The notes: generated by a model not told the origin, from the letters alone. Shown: positions 41,705 through 55,201, counted from the first letter of the stretch. The stretch is 64,000 bases of DNA from an uncultured Candidatus Binatia bacterium (GCA_965214605.1 OZ243961.1:800001-864000), one strand, 5' to 3'. Numbers and translations are program-made.

Positions 41705-42820
41705 TTAGCCAAAGAGTTCCTTGACCTTGTCAAAAAAGCCCCGGCTCATCGGATGGATATCCGCGCCATCAAGATCGGCAAACTCTTCGAGCAATTTCCG
41801 CTGTCGGCTGGTCAACTTCCGCGGCGTTTCGACCGTCACTCGCACGAGCTGATCGCCGCGTCCGCCGCCGTGCAAATTCACAATACCTTTGCCGCGCAAC
41901 CGGAACACATTGCCCGACTGGGTCCCGGCGGGAATTTTCATCTTGAGCTTGCCCTCAAGCGTCGGTACCTCGATGTCCGCCCCGAGCGCGGCTTGTGGAA
42001 AACTGATCGGCACCTCACAGACCACCTCGGTGTCTGACCGCTCGAACAAGGGGTGGTCGCGCACCCGAATTAAGACATACAGGTCGCCGGGAACGCTCGC
42101 CGTCGGACTATATTCGCCCTCTCCGCGCAGTTTGAGACGGGATCCGGTATCAACCCCAGCCGGAATTTTCACCTGCAGAGTCGAGGTTTTGCGTACCGAG
42201 CCGGCTCCGCGACACGTTGGGCAGGGATCGGACACAACCGAGCCCTGCCCACCACACTGATTACACGTTCGGGCAATGGTGAAGAACCCTTGTTGAAACC
42301 GCACCTGCCCAGTCCCGTGACAGTTCGAGCAGGCCGCCGGACGGGTTCCTGGTTTGGCTCCACTGCCCTGACACGGCTCACAGACGCTCGTACGAGGGAT
42401 GGAGAGCGTTTTTTCTGCCCCAAAAGCGGCTTCCTCAAAAGAAATCTCAAGACTATAACTCAGGTCTTCTCCCCGGCGGGTACGGCTGCGCCCGCCGCGT
42501 CCGCCAGCGCCGAAGAAGTCGCCAAAAATATCGCCAAAAACATCTTCGAAATTGCCGCTAAACTCGAATCCGCCGCCACCCATCCCAGCCTGCTCAAACG
42601 CGGCGTGTCCATAGCGATCATACTGGGCTCGCTTCTCACTATCGCTCAAGACCTGGTAGGCTTCCGAGAGTTCTTTAAATTTCTCTTCGGCGGCTTTATC
42701 ACCAGGGTTGCGGTCCGGGTGGTATTTGAGGGCGGCTTTGCGGTATGCCTTTTTGATGTCTTCCTCACCTGCACTCCGGCTTACCCCGAGCAATTCATAA
42801 TAGTCCGCTTTTGCTGCCAT
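41705..42820 (-). CDS. dnaJ: Chaperone DnaJ
   Basis: J-domain HPD, G/F region and four CxxCxGxG repeats. Confidence 0.97.
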   Translation of the reverse strand: MAAKADYYELLGVSRSAGEEDIKKAYRKAALKYHPDRNPGDKAAEEKFKELSEAYQVLSDSEKRAQYDRYGHAAFEQAGMGGGGFEFSGNFEDVFGDIFGDFFGAGGRGGRSRTRRGEDLSYSLEISFEEAAFGAEKTLSIPRTSVCEPCQGSGAKPGTRPAACSNCHGTGQVRFQQGFFTIARTCNQCGGQGSVVSDPCPTCRGAGSVRKTSTLQVKIPAGVDTGSRLKLRGEGEYSPTASVPGDLYVLIRVRDHPLFERSDTEVVCEVPISFPQAALGADIEVPTLEGKLKMKIPAGTQSGNVFRLRGKGIVNLHGGGRGDQLVRVTVETPRKLTSRQRKLLEEFADLDGADIHPMSRGFFDKVKELFG

Positions 42821-42843
42821 ACCCTGTCCTCTACCCGTTTAAT

Positions 42844-42884
42844 AAAAAGCCCCCAGTCTTCCCGCCCAGGGGAGGACTAGGGGC
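42844..42884 (-). terminator. Terminator/attenuator hairpin between dnaK and dnaJ
   Basis: Imperfect stem GCCCCCAGTCTTCCC / GGGGAGGACTAGGGGC with an A5 run (U-tract on the minus strand). Confidence 0.65.
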
Positions 42885-42914
42885 CCATCAAGGCACGGGT
42901 CTGTTCGTTGCCGT

Positions 42915-44840
42915 TTATTTGACCTCTTCGAAGTCTGCGTCCACGATATTTTCGCCACCCTTTCCTTGTTCTCCGCCGCCGGCACCCGTCTGCGGTCCAG
43001 CCGATCCGTCTTGCGGCTTGGCCTGCTGTTGTTCCTTGGCCGCCCGCGCATACATGGCCTCGGCCAGTTTATGGGAGGCTTGGGTCAGCTCCTCGGTCGC
43101 GGCTTTGAGCGCCTCAGTATCATCACTGTCCAAGACCTGTTTGGCTTTTTCTAGAGCCGCTTCAATCCTGCTTGCCGTTTCGGCGTCAACGTCATCCCGA
43201 TGGTCGGCAAGCGACTTTTCGGTCGAGTAGATAAACGAGTCGAGCTGGTTGCGGGTTTCAATCCGCTCACGTCGCTTTTGATCCTCATCGGCGTGTGTTT
43301 CAGCGTCTTTGACCATCTGCTGAATCTCTCCTTCGGACAAGCCGCTTGAAGCCGTGATACGGATCGACTGCTCCTTCCCGGTCCCGAGATCTTTTGCGTT
43401 CACGTGGACGATGCCATTGGCGTCAATATCGAACATCACCTCAACCTGGGGCACGCCGCGCGGGGCAGGCGGAATCCCGACCAGATCAAACTGGCCCAGC
43501 AGTTTGTTGTCATTGGCCATCTCCCGTTCCCCTTGATGGACGCGGATGGTCACCGCCGTCTGGCTATCGGCCGCGGTTGAAAACACCTGGCTCTTTTTGG
43601 TCGGAATAGTAGTATTTTTTTCGATGAGTCGGGTAAAGACACCGCCCAGCGTCTCAATGCCCAGCGACAGCGGGGTCACGTCCAGCAGCAGCACGTCTTG
43701 GACATCGCCGGTCAGGACCGCGCCCTGAATCGCGGCGCCGATAGCCACGACTTCGTCAGGATTGACCCCCTTGTGAGGGTCCTTGCCAAAGATTTTTTTG
43801 ACCCGCTCCTGGACGGCTGGCATGCGGGTCATCCCGCCGACCAGGACAACCTCTTTGATCTGGTCGGCTGACAGGCCAGAGTCCTTGAGGGCGGTCAAAC
43901 AGGGCGACTCAAGGCGGCCGAGCAGGTCGGCGCATAAGGCTTCAAGCTTGGCCCGAGACAGCTTCATCGTCAGATGCTTGGGGCCGCTCTGGTCGGCCGT
44001 GATGAACGGCAGGTTAACCTCCGTCTCCATGGACGACGAGAGTTCGCACTTGGCCTTTTCGGCCGCCTCTTTGAGTCGTTGGAGTGCCATGCGGTCGCTG
44101 CGCAGATCCACGCCTTGATCTTTTTTAAATTCGTCGGCCAGATAGTCGATGATCCGCTGGTCAAAATCATCGCCGCCCAGAAAGGTGTCACCGTTGGTCG
44201 ATTTCACCTCGAACACGCCGTCGCCAACCTCCAGGATCGAGATGTCAAACGTTCCCCCGCCCAAGTCGAACACCGCAATTCTTTCATCGGTCTTCTTATC
44301 TAAACCGTAGGCTAGCGATGCGGCGGTCGGCTCGTTGATAATACGCTTGACGTCTAGCCCGGCAATTCGTCCTGCGTCTTTTGTCGCCTGGCGCTGGGAG
44401 TCGTTAAAATAGGCCGGAACAGTAATGACGGCCTCAGTCACGCTCTCGCCCAGATAGTCTTCGGCCGTTTGCTTCATCTTTTGCAGAATAAAAGCCGAGA
44501 CTTCCGGTGGGCTATAGCTCTTATCACGGATTTCAACCCACGCATCTCCGTCCGATTCGGTCACCTTATAGGGCAGCACCTCTCTGGCTTTGACAACCAT
44601 GGGGTCCTGGTAGCGATTGCCCATGAGCCGTTTAATTGAGAAGATGGTATTCTCTGGATTGGTAATGGCCTGACGTCTGGCGATCTGCCCAACTAAGCGT
44701 TCTCCGCTCTCGGTGAAAGCAGCCACCGAAGGCGTAATGCGGCTGCCCTCAGCGTTCGTAATCACCGTTGGTTCGCCGCCTTCCATGACCGCGACTACTG
44801 AATTTGTCGTTCCTAAATCGATTCCAATTATCTTTGCCAT
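42915..44840 (-). CDS. dnaK: Chaperone DnaK (Hsp70)
   Basis: [27 protein letters not shown] and C-terminal DADFEEVK. Confidence 0.98.
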   Translation of the reverse strand: MAKIIGIDLGTTNSVVAVMEGGEPTVITNAEGSRITPSVAAFTESGERLVGQIARRQAITNPENTIFSIKRLMGNRYQDPMVVKAREVLPYKVTESDGDAWVEIRDKSYSPPEVSAFILQKMKQTAEDYLGESVTEAVITVPAYFNDSQRQATKDAGRIAGLDVKRIINEPTAASLAYGLDKKTDERIAVFDLGGGTFDISILEVGDGVFEVKSTNGDTFLGGDDFDQRIIDYLADEFKKDQGVDLRSDRMALQRLKEAAEKAKCELSSSMETEVNLPFITADQSGPKHLTMKLSRAKLEALCADLLGRLESPCLTALKDSGLSADQIKEVVLVGGMTRMPAVQERVKKIFGKDPHKGVNPDEVVAIGAAIQGAVLTGDVQDVLLLDVTPLSLGIETLGGVFTRLIEKNTTIPTKKSQVFSTAADSQTAVTIRVHQGEREMANDNKLLGQFDLVGIPPAPRGVPQVEVMFDIDANGIVHVNAKDLGTGKEQSIRITASSGLSEGEIQQMVKDAETHADEDQKRRERIETRNQLDSFIYSTEKSLADHRDDVDAETASRIEAALEKAKQVLDSDDTEALKAATEELTQASHKLAEAMYARAAKEQQQAKPQDGSAGPQTGAGGGEQGKGGENIVDADFEEVK

Positions 44841-44919
44841 GCCTCGTCTCCTTAGAAAAACCGCTCCTACCCTCCACCTCTTCCGCTTAGTTAATCACCC
44901 CCTAGCTGCTTGGCAACCG

Positions 44920-45600
44920 TCAGTCTTCAGATTTTTTGTCTGGAGTGGTAGGGCCATCTTCTCTCTCAGCCGCAGCGGCTGGAGCTTTTGATACGCTGAC
45001 CATCGCCGCCCGCAGCAGACGGTCGTGCAAACTGTAGCCCGGCGTATGCTCCTCAACCACAGTATTAGGGGGAAACTCCTTGCTCTCGACCTGGACCATT
45101 GCCTCGTGCTTGGCTGGATCAAAGAACTCACCTGTCGCCTGCACCCGCGCCACGCCGTACTTTCCCAAGACGTCCACAAAAGAGCGCAAGACGAGTTGCA
45201 CGCCTTCAACTAAGGATTGGCCGTTTCCGCCCCTCTGGGCGTGCAAGGTGGCCCGTTCCAGATTATCCACCACCGGCAGTAAGTCCCGTACCAGTGGCTC
45301 ATGGGCAAACCGGAGCGCCTCAGCCTTCTCCCGCTGCATACGTCGTTTGAAATTCTCCAGTTCGGCCCGCTCACGCAGAAAAAGCTCATAGTTTGCCTTG
45401 GCTTCGGCCTCTTTCCGATCTAGTTCGGCCCGCAGCACGCTCAATTCGTCGTCCGCGACCGGGCCGTCCTGCTGAGCCCCTGTTTCTTCCCCATCGGGTG
45501 GCGCTGCCTGCTCAGCCGCTTCCTCGGCTTCCTCATCGTGCTGTCGCTTGTCGTTCTCTTCCACCCGCACCTCGCTCTCATTGTGATCGGTTTTCTGCAT
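44920..45600 (-). CDS. grpE: Nucleotide exchange factor GrpE
   Basis: AELENFKRR, LLPVVDNLERA, FDPAKHEAM and GYSLHDRLLRAAMV. Start is uncertain (45600 or 45612). Confidence 0.95.
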   Translation of the reverse strand: MQKTDHNESEVRVEENDKRQHDEEAEEAAEQAAPPDGEETGAQQDGPVADDELSVLRAELDRKEAEAKANYELFLRERAELENFKRRMQREKAEALRFAHEPLVRDLLPVVDNLERATLHAQRGGNGQSLVEGVQLVLRSFVDVLGKYGVARVQATGEFFDPAKHEAMVQVESKEFPPNTVVEEHTPGYSLHDRLLRAAMVSVSKAPAAAAEREDGPTTPDKKSED

Positions 45601-45665
45601 GCCCTGCCTCATATATATGGTGGTAAATATGCTTCGGAAGGAGCGTGTGAACTCCTCGTACACAA

Positions 45666-45694
45666 AACGTAAGAACCCGTCTGCGGACTGTCAA
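45666..45694 (-). promoter_or_regulatory. Putative sigma70 promoter for grpE-dnaK-dnaJ (TTGACA-N17-TACGTT)
   Basis: Consensus -35 with a 17-bp spacer on the minus strand. Confidence 0.6.
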
Positions 45695-45720
45695 GCGGAT
45701 TATCAACAAGATAAGACACG

Positions 45721-46497
45721 ATGAAAGAAGAACGTAGCCCCGCCATCGTCCTGCGGACACGCCCGCATGCTGAGTCGGATAAGATTGTGACCTGTCTCTC
45801 ACGAGATTGGGGGAAGATCAGCGCCATTGCCAAAGGCGCAAAACGCTCACGGCGCCGCTTCGTCAATGTGCTTGAGCCGTTCAGCCATATCCAGCTACGC
45901 TTTCGGCCGAGTCGGAGCGAGGAGCTGATGTTTCTCCTTGGTGCTGAACTGATACAGGCTTTTCACCGCCCGAGTCGTGACCTCGAGCGGTTTGCTCTAG
46001 CCAGCTATATCGTTGAGCTAGCCGATGTGATGACTGCCGGACGTGAAGCCGGACAGGACATATACCACCTCGTGCTGAGCGGTCTCAACACCCTCGAAGC
46101 GCAGCCCAGGCTGTCGCCGTTGTTTGCCCCGCTGTTTGCCCTGCAAATCTTACACCACGTCGGCTACGCGCCCGACTTCACCACCTGCCAGCAGTGTGGG
46201 ACAAGCCTGACCGACCAGGCTTGGGAGGGCGTGGGCCTAGCGCTGGCGTCCCAGCTAGGCGGGCTGCTGTGCCCGCGCTGTCATGGACGGGGCGGACCCA
46301 TACTGCGGTTGTCACCAGAAACCGTCGCGGTCTTACAGGCCTATCACGACCCGCAGGCTGCCCTGCCAGCCGAGATATCGCTTCAGACCAGGAATGAAGT
46401 GCCTGCTTTGGCCACCCGCCTCCTGTCTCCACATCTCACCAGACCGCTGAAATCACTAGCGTTTCTGGAACAGGTGGGAGGGGGGCAGGGAGAGTAG
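45721..46497 (+). CDS. recO: DNA repair protein RecO
   Basis: AIVLRTRPHAESDKIV...GKISAIAKGAKRSRRRF...LEPF and a CxxC...CxxC Zn finger. Confidence 0.95.
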   Translation: MKEERSPAIVLRTRPHAESDKIVTCLSRDWGKISAIAKGAKRSRRRFVNVLEPFSHIQLRFRPSRSEELMFLLGAELIQAFHRPSRDLERFALASYIVELADVMTAGREAGQDIYHLVLSGLNTLEAQPRLSPLFAPLFALQILHHVGYAPDFTTCQQCGTSLTDQAWEGVGLALASQLGGLLCPRCHGRGGPILRLSPETVAVLQAYHDPQAALPAEISLQTRNEVPALATRLLSPHLTRPLKSLAFLEQVGGGQGE

Positions 46498-48090
46498 TCT
46501 AGGCCGGGCGAGACGTCGCGCAGCAATAGGAGACACCGTGCCAGTAGCGCGGAACCACCCTTCTGTCTCTTCGCAGGCATGTTTACCATTATCAGACACT
46601 CGGGTTCTCTTCTGCTCCAGGGGAGGTACTCCATGTCGCTCGCTTCATGTTTGGTCCGTGGCGTCTAAGAGTCTAGCGCGTGTTCAGGACTTGGGAGGAC
46701 CAGAGCAACCAACCGCTGGAACACCAGGGCGGCGGACGTGAATCGCGTACCCCCACCAAAATTGCAGACGGGCGTTCCTAGCCGTGTGCCAGGTGCCGAG
46801 AGCGAACCGTTCACCCGAAAGCATCTTGCGTTGCAGCGGGCGGATGCAGCCCTGCTGCGCAGCTTGACGACCCTGGAGCGCGAGGCCCCCCGAAGCAACA
46901 TCCAGAGCGGGCCGGTAGAGCCCTGATCGTCCTAGGCGAAGGTCTTTGCCGCGGCCACTTGCCCTTGGGCCGCTAACACCTTGCCCCCTGTTGGGACTTG
47001 CTTGCGACGCACGGCTCTTTGGAGAAGAGCTACCCCCGCTGCCGCCCTTCCTCGTCAAGCATGCCCTAGCGCTTTACACCCGGCCACTTTCAACCAAGTG
47101 CCTGTTGCTCGACGCCCCTGCCCTCCCGCAGCACCACAGATCAATCGGGAACCCCCACCACGACGCTCCCACCCGCACCGTCTGCAACAAAACGGTCCGC
47201 AATGCAGCCCACCGCTAGGAGACCGGCCTCAACAGCACAGAGGGCACAACCCAGGCCCTCTCCTCAGCACGGACATCCTCCGGATACGCTGTCCGCTCAG
47301 CCCCACCCCATCCCCAAAGTGCACAACATCCTCTCGGCTGCTTGGCCACACCCGCTAATGAGGTGCATCAGTGCCAGGGACCACAAGACGGTCCAAAGGC
47401 TCCCCCAGGAGTAAGGACGCGCTTCTGCTTCAAGCGGGCGTGGCCAGACGGTGTGGGCCGTTGGCCCAGAGAAATCAGCGGAAGCTCGCAACGCACGACA
47501 CCTTCCAGACAGGCCGCTGCGTCATGCACCGACACACGATAAGCACGCGGGAGGTTGACTCGTCGTGGTTGGAGTCAGCCTCACTCGGCAGCGCTCCTAC
47601 TCTTCTCGACAAGTGTCATCCGGATATCTGCAGCGGCGAGTCGGCCACGCCGCTCCTTGACAAGGAGAGCGTTGCGCAACTCATAACTTCCAAATGCTCC
47701 CATGGCTCCATGCGTGACCGCGAGCGGCATTGTCCAGTCGGTACCCGGATCACCTGCCAGACATAACGACGGAATTTCCAACCACGACTCGGGTCACAAC
47801 CGACATCCCTCATGGACGGCGTTGATGAGAGCCGCAACCGCTGTGTCCTCTTGAGACGCTAGCGACGGCTTATCATGCGCTGAATAGCGTGTTCGCAAGT
47901 ACTACCCACAGGGCCCCCCTAGGCGCACGGTCGGGGCGTACGAGATGGTGAGGCTTTCCCCTGAGCGAGACAGTTCGGAAGCCGCAGCAGAAGTGTTTTG
48001 GCTGCATAAGCATCTATAATCTGCCTAAAATTTCTCAGGCGCGTGTGGGAGACCAGCTACATCACGCAGGGCAATCTCCTTATAGCCGGG
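46498..48090. other. About 1.6-kb GC-rich region without a credible ORF between recO and ppdK
   Basis: Longest ORF is 131 aa; all translations are unrecognisable, many Pro/Arg/Ser-rich. Confidence 0.6.
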
Positions 48091-48095
48091 GGAAA

Positions 48096-48124
48096 TTGAC
48101 CCTCTCCTGAGGGAATGCTAGGGT
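48096..48124 (+). promoter_or_regulatory. Putative sigma70 promoter for ppdK (TTGACC-N17-TAGGGT)
   Basis: 17-bp spacer with TG upstream of the -10; shares TTGACCCTCTC with the promoter at 55030. Confidence 0.5.
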
Positions 48125-48216
48125 TTCCTCACTTAATGTCAGTCTAGTGAAAAAAGACATGGGAACGGTGGGGCCTCGACTTCCCATTGCTTGTGTGTCC
48201 AAGGCAGGAGACCGTC

Positions 48217-51048
<2,832 letters not shown>

Positions 51049-51069
51049 AGCTATCTGGACCGCCGGGGT

Positions 51070-51939
51070 ATGGTACACCAAACGATAGACGGGCAAACCC
51101 GGATTGTTGGGATCTTCGGCGACCCAATTGCCCACACCCGTTCACCCGCCATGCACAACGCGGCATTTCGGGCCCTGGAACTGCCCTACGTCTATGTTCC
51201 GTTTCATGTTCGCTCGGCCGAGCTGGCCAGAGCCGTGCACGGTATTCGGGCTCTCGGTCTTGTCGGCATCAACGTTACCGTTCCGCATAAAGAGCGTATC
51301 GTCCGCCACCTTGATGCCCTCAGTCCCGAAGCCGAGCTGTGTGGCGCGGTCAATAGTGTCGTGAATAACGACGGGCGCTTGTTTGGCGATAATACGGACG
51401 GCCGTGGCTTTTTGAATTCGCTCCAAGAGGGCGATCTCTCGCCTCGTGAGGCTGAAGTGGTGCTGATCGGCGCGGGCGGTTCGGCCCGGGCCGTGCTCAG
51501 CGCTCTCATCCGGGCGCAGTGTGCCGCAGTCAGGATTGTGAACCGCACCCAGGCCAGCGCCAGCAAACTCGTCCGCACCTACCGGCAAGCAGGAAAAACG
51601 CAGCTTGAGGCCCTCCCCCTCGACGCCCTCCGTGATCCAGCCCTATTCTCCGGGGTGAGACTCGTCATCAACACGACCTCAGCGGGACTCCAGAGCGACG
51701 ACTTTCCTCCTCTCGCCTACACCGCAACCCAGGCCGGCTGCCTGTTCTACGACCTCCTCTACCGGCCCGATCAGACACCTTTCCTCAGACATGCCCAGGC
51801 GGCCCGTCGTCCGGTGATGGATGGCCGACGGATGTTGCTGCACCAGGGTGCGCTCGCTTTTTCTCTGTGGACAGGCCACCCCGCTCCCCTAGAGATCATG
51901 GATCAGGCCCTGCAACGCTCCCTGCGACAGCCCGCCTAA
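51070..51939 (+). CDS. aroE: Shikimate dehydrogenase
   Basis: GDPIAHTRSPAMHN, NVTVPHK, GAVNS, NTDG, GAGGSARA and MLLHQG motifs. Confidence 0.95.
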   Translation: MVHQTIDGQTRIVGIFGDPIAHTRSPAMHNAAFRALELPYVYVPFHVRSAELARAVHGIRALGLVGINVTVPHKERIVRHLDALSPEAELCGAVNSVVNNDGRLFGDNTDGRGFLNSLQEGDLSPREAEVVLIGAGGSARAVLSALIRAQCAAVRIVNRTQASASKLVRTYRQAGKTQLEALPLDALRDPALFSGVRLVINTTSAGLQSDDFPPLAYTATQAGCLFYDLLYRPDQTPFLRHAQAARRPVMDGRRMLLHQGALAFSLWTGHPAPLEIMDQALQRSLRQPA

Positions 51940-52748
51940 ACCGATGAGCCGCTCTACTGGTTTTTCGTTAGGGGGTTAATCCCCCAAGAGACTGACGGGT
52001 GAGATGCAAGCGCCAGGCCCCTGTGGAAGCGGCCCATCCGGCCCCCTCCACACAAAGATACGCCCCACACACGCCCGCGACTTCATACAGGGCTCACCAT
52101 TCCTCGGACAGGAACAGGCCGCAGCGGTCTTCCCCGGCAGTTTGCCGTCATGATGGACGCCGGAATTGTACACGGGCTCGACAACGTTGCCCGGCAGATA
52201 GACAACACTTTCCCGAGAGCTCTCCCCCAAGACGTCGCAAACGACACACCACCGCTCCCACCTCAATGGTCAAGCCTCCCATTAGCGACTTGTATCCCGC
52301 CGTATGCTCTCTACGGTCGGTAGGAGCCTTGATACCCCTTGAGAGCACTCGGGGGAAGGCAAGGGGCCTAAAGAGGCGCTCATCTTCGCCCCACGCGGTC
52401 TCTGTACCGCACTGAGAGCCGGCGCGCTTTATTCACGGCGGGAGGCTAAAACTCTCTCCCTTGGCCCTCGATTATTCGCCCGCCCCGCCCGTGCCCCGGC
52501 GAGGCTGCCGTCCTCGGGAGTCCCGCTGCCCAAGGCTCTTCGTGGGGCGGGCAATAGCGCTATTGAACGAGCCGCCCTCTCCTCACACGACGCTCGTTGT
52601 CGGGGCAAAACACTGACCAGCCCCCTGAGGGGAGTAAGCGTCGCCAGCGGTTGTCTGGCCGCTCCCATGTCTTTTCGGTTTGCACTGCAGCTATGATGGT
52701 CGAGAGGGGCGAGATGGTCGAGGGCAAGTTGCCTGGGCGGGGTCTGTC
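51940..52748. other. About 0.8-kb GC-rich region without a credible ORF between convergent aroE and hslO
   Basis: Only unrecognisable ORFs; strong C/A skew on the plus strand. Confidence 0.55.
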
Positions 52749-53624
52749 TCAGTCTCTCAGCAACGCTTCCAGTTCGGTCCGCTCAACGATAAACTGTGTG
52801 TTACAAAACTCACACGTGACCTGGGCCAGGCCCTGTTTGTCCAATAAGTCTTGGACTTCGTCGGGACCTAAAGCGATCAGAGCGCCCAGGACACGGTCCC
52901 GACTACACCGACACACAAACCGCACCTCTTGTTCCTCGACCACAGATGGGGTAAACGCGCCCACGACCTCATACAGGATATCGCGGGGCGTGGCACCGCA
53001 GCGGACCATGTCGCTGACCGGCTGAGCCCCAGCGACCGTGTTTTCGAGCCGCCCAATGAGTTCGTCGGTCGCCCCAGGCATAGCCTGAATCACAAAGCCG
53101 CCCGCCGCACTCACACTCTCGTCGGGCTGGACAAATACGCCTAGACTAACCGCCGAGGGAATCTGTTCGGAATTCAACAGGTAGTGAGCCACGTCTTGGC
53201 CGATTTCTCCCGACACAATGGGGAGAATGCTGCGGTGAGGAGCGGTGAGCCACGGCTGAGAGCGTATGACCACGAAAGTCCCGCTGCCAACCGCACCACC
53301 GACATCGAGCTTACCGTTCCGGGAGGGGAGATGAGTCCGCGGATGATAGACAAAGCCACGCACCTCGCCCTGGGCGTTGGCGTCAACGAAAATCCCGCGC
53401 AACGGACCTTTGCCGACAAACTGAAGAGAGATCGTCTCGTCCTCCCGCAACAGACTGCCCAACAGGAGTCCGGCCGTCATCGTCCGACCCAGCGCCGCGC
53501 TAGCGGTCGGGGCCGTGCAGTGACGACGACGGGCCTCATCCACAAGCTGGGTGGTGACGGCCGCCACAGCCCGGATCGACTGCCCGGCCGCCGCTGTCCT
53601 TACTAAGCCGTCGGCGATGTGCAT
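52749..53624 (-). CDS. hslO: Hsp33 redox-regulated chaperone
   Basis: ASAALGRTMT, YLLNSEQIPS, AGGFVIQAMP and the CRC...CEFC redox switch. Confidence 0.94.
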   Translation of the reverse strand: MHIADGLVRTAAAGQSIRAVAAVTTQLVDEARRRHCTAPTASAALGRTMTAGLLLGSLLREDETISLQFVGKGPLRGIFVDANAQGEVRGFVYHPRTHLPSRNGKLDVGGAVGSGTFVVIRSQPWLTAPHRSILPIVSGEIGQDVAHYLLNSEQIPSAVSLGVFVQPDESVSAAGGFVIQAMPGATDELIGRLENTVAGAQPVSDMVRCGATPRDILYEVVGAFTPSVVEEQEVRFVCRCSRDRVLGALIALGPDEVQDLLDKQGLAQVTCEFCNTQFIVERTELEALLRD

Positions 53625-53659
53625 GGCGTTCTTTACCAACGTCCACTCAGTGGCACAGT

Positions 53660-54892
53660 CTACGCGGAGGACTGGGCCTGACGCGCCGCATCCGCCGACT
53701 TCTTTTTTGCCTTGGTCGGGGGGGGGGTCTCGTTCAGAGGGACACACTCCACAATCTCCAGACCATAGCCGGGCAGGCTTACCAAACGCCGTGGTGAGTT
53801 GGTCAGCAAGCGCATCTTCCGTACGCCGAGGCTGCGCAGGATTTGCGCCCCAATCCCATAATCGCGGAAGTCGCTCGGCTGCGAACCCGGTCCGGGGACA
53901 GCAGCCTTGCGGCCGCGTTCTCTTGGCGACGTTTTCTCACGCAGCAGATGCGCCGCCTGCCCCTCCTGTCTGAGATACAGAATGACCCCTTTACCCTCGG
54001 CTTCTATCAATTCCATTGAGCGTCTGATCAGGACGCTGGTGTCGGCCGAGCTATAGCCAAAGACATCGCCAAAAACATACTCGGTATGGGCCCGGACCAA
54101 GACCGGTTCGCTGGGCGTAATCTCGCCCTTTACCAGCACGAGGTGCTCCTGGTCGTCAACATCACTCGTGTACACGTGGGCGGCAAAATCCCCTCCCGAA
54201 CGCGTTGGCAGATGAGCCTCATCAACGTGATGGACTAAGGAGTCGTGGCGTAGCCGATACTGAATGAGATCGGCAATCGTGGCAATCTTCAGATTGTACG
54301 TCCCCGCGAATTCTTCCAAGTCTGGTAGGCGGGCCATGGTGCCGTCCTCACGCATGATCTCACAAATCACCCCCAGAGGCTTGAAGCCGGCTAAACGAGC
54401 CAAATCAACCGCCCCCTCAGTCTGGCCGGTCCGGACTAACACCCCTCCCCGGCGGGCGCGCAGGGGGAAAACGTGGCCGGGCATAACAAAGTCCTCAGAA
54501 CGCGCATTCTCCTGCGTTGCGGCTAAAATGGTCGTCGCCCGGTCCTCGGCCGAGATCCCACGCCCAACGCCTTTTTTGGCGTCAAAGGAGACGGTAAAGG
54601 CGGTCCCTAGCGGAGCCGTATTCTCGTCCACCATCATGGACAGGCCCAGGGCCTCGGTGTGTTCCTCGGCCATTGGCATGCAAATCAGGCCCCGGCCATA
54701 TTTGGCCATAAAGTTAATCGCCTCAGGGGTGACTGCCTCAGCTGCCATGCACAGGTCGCCCTCATTTTCCCGGTCTTCGTCGTCCATCAGAATAATCATC
54801 TGACCGGCCCGGATTTCTTCGATAGCGTCCTCTATTGACGTAATGTGTGGGCTGGTGTGATCTGGTGGACTTGGAGGGGGAACAGAAAACAT
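53660..54892 (-). CDS. ribB: 3,4-dihydroxy-2-butanone-4-phosphate synthase fused to a degenerate GTP cyclohydrolase II domain (RibBX type)
   Basis: DDEDRENEGD, GLIC, AFTVS, PGHVFPL, GQTEGAVDL and ICEI motifs are intact; the C-terminal domain lacks the Zn-binding Cys residues. Confidence 0.92.
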   Translation of the reverse strand: MFSVPPPSPPDHTSPHITSIEDAIEEIRAGQMIILMDDEDRENEGDLCMAAEAVTPEAINFMAKYGRGLICMPMAEEHTEALGLSMMVDENTAPLGTAFTVSFDAKKGVGRGISAEDRATTILAATQENARSEDFVMPGHVFPLRARRGGVLVRTGQTEGAVDLARLAGFKPLGVICEIMREDGTMARLPDLEEFAGTYNLKIATIADLIQYRLRHDSLVHHVDEAHLPTRSGGDFAAHVYTSDVDDQEHLVLVKGEITPSEPVLVRAHTEYVFGDVFGYSSADTSVLIRRSMELIEAEGKGVILYLRQEGQAAHLLREKTSPRERGRKAAVPGPGSQPSDFRDYGIGAQILRSLGVRKMRLLTNSPRRLVSLPGYGLEIVECVPLNETPPPTKAKKKSADAARQAQSSA

Positions 54893-55029
54893 ACTAGCGC
54901 TCCTTCATAATCTAGAATGTTCGGCGACCTCGCTGAGCGAGCGTATCATCAGTGGGGTTATACCCTCTTGCCTTGGGGCCTGTAAAGTGGTGACCGGCAA
55001 ATCGGCCGAGCGAATCACGCAACCCCAAC

Positions 55030-55058
55030 TTGACCCTCTCATGCAAGACGGCTAGAGT
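55030..55058 (+). promoter_or_regulatory. Putative sigma70 promoter (TTGACC-N17-TAGAGT)
   Basis: 17-bp spacer, upstream of the 55202 ORF. Confidence 0.5.
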
Positions 55059-55201
55059 GGAGGTGTCAACTAGAGGGAGTCTGTGGAGGGGCAGACACGC
55101 ACATAGTCTTCATTAACAAGGCCTGTGAAGACGTCACACGCCGAAGGGGATAGAGGCACTGAGCACTCTGCGGCCAGCCTGCCAGCGTAAGGAGAGGGTT
55201 G

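Noticed and set aside
47940-48090. T-box or glycine riboswitch relic related to the missing glyQS
   Set aside because: Only isolated words (CTCAGGC, GGAGA); no T-box GGTGGNACC and no correct element order.
46498-48090. Reversed or complement-only gene, stop-codon recoding, or group II intron explaining the ORF-less islands
   Set aside because: Spot translations of reversed and complemented sequence hit stops quickly. Stops are a mix of TAA, TAG and TGA, and no domain V (AGC...GNRA hairpin) motif was found. Checked by eye only.
52695-52722. 10-bp direct repeat GATGGTCGAG twice
   Set aside because: Only two short copies; no array, terminal repeat or target-site context.
54893-55030. FMN riboswitch upstream of ribBX
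   Set aside because: The conserved GGGCAGGGUGAAAUUCCCGACCGG and AGUCCGGAUGGGAGA elements are absent on the minus strand.
55075-55200. Glycine riboswitch (CGCCGAAGGGG seen)
   Set aside because: Lacks the GGAGA...CUCUCAGG framework and the tandem aptamer.
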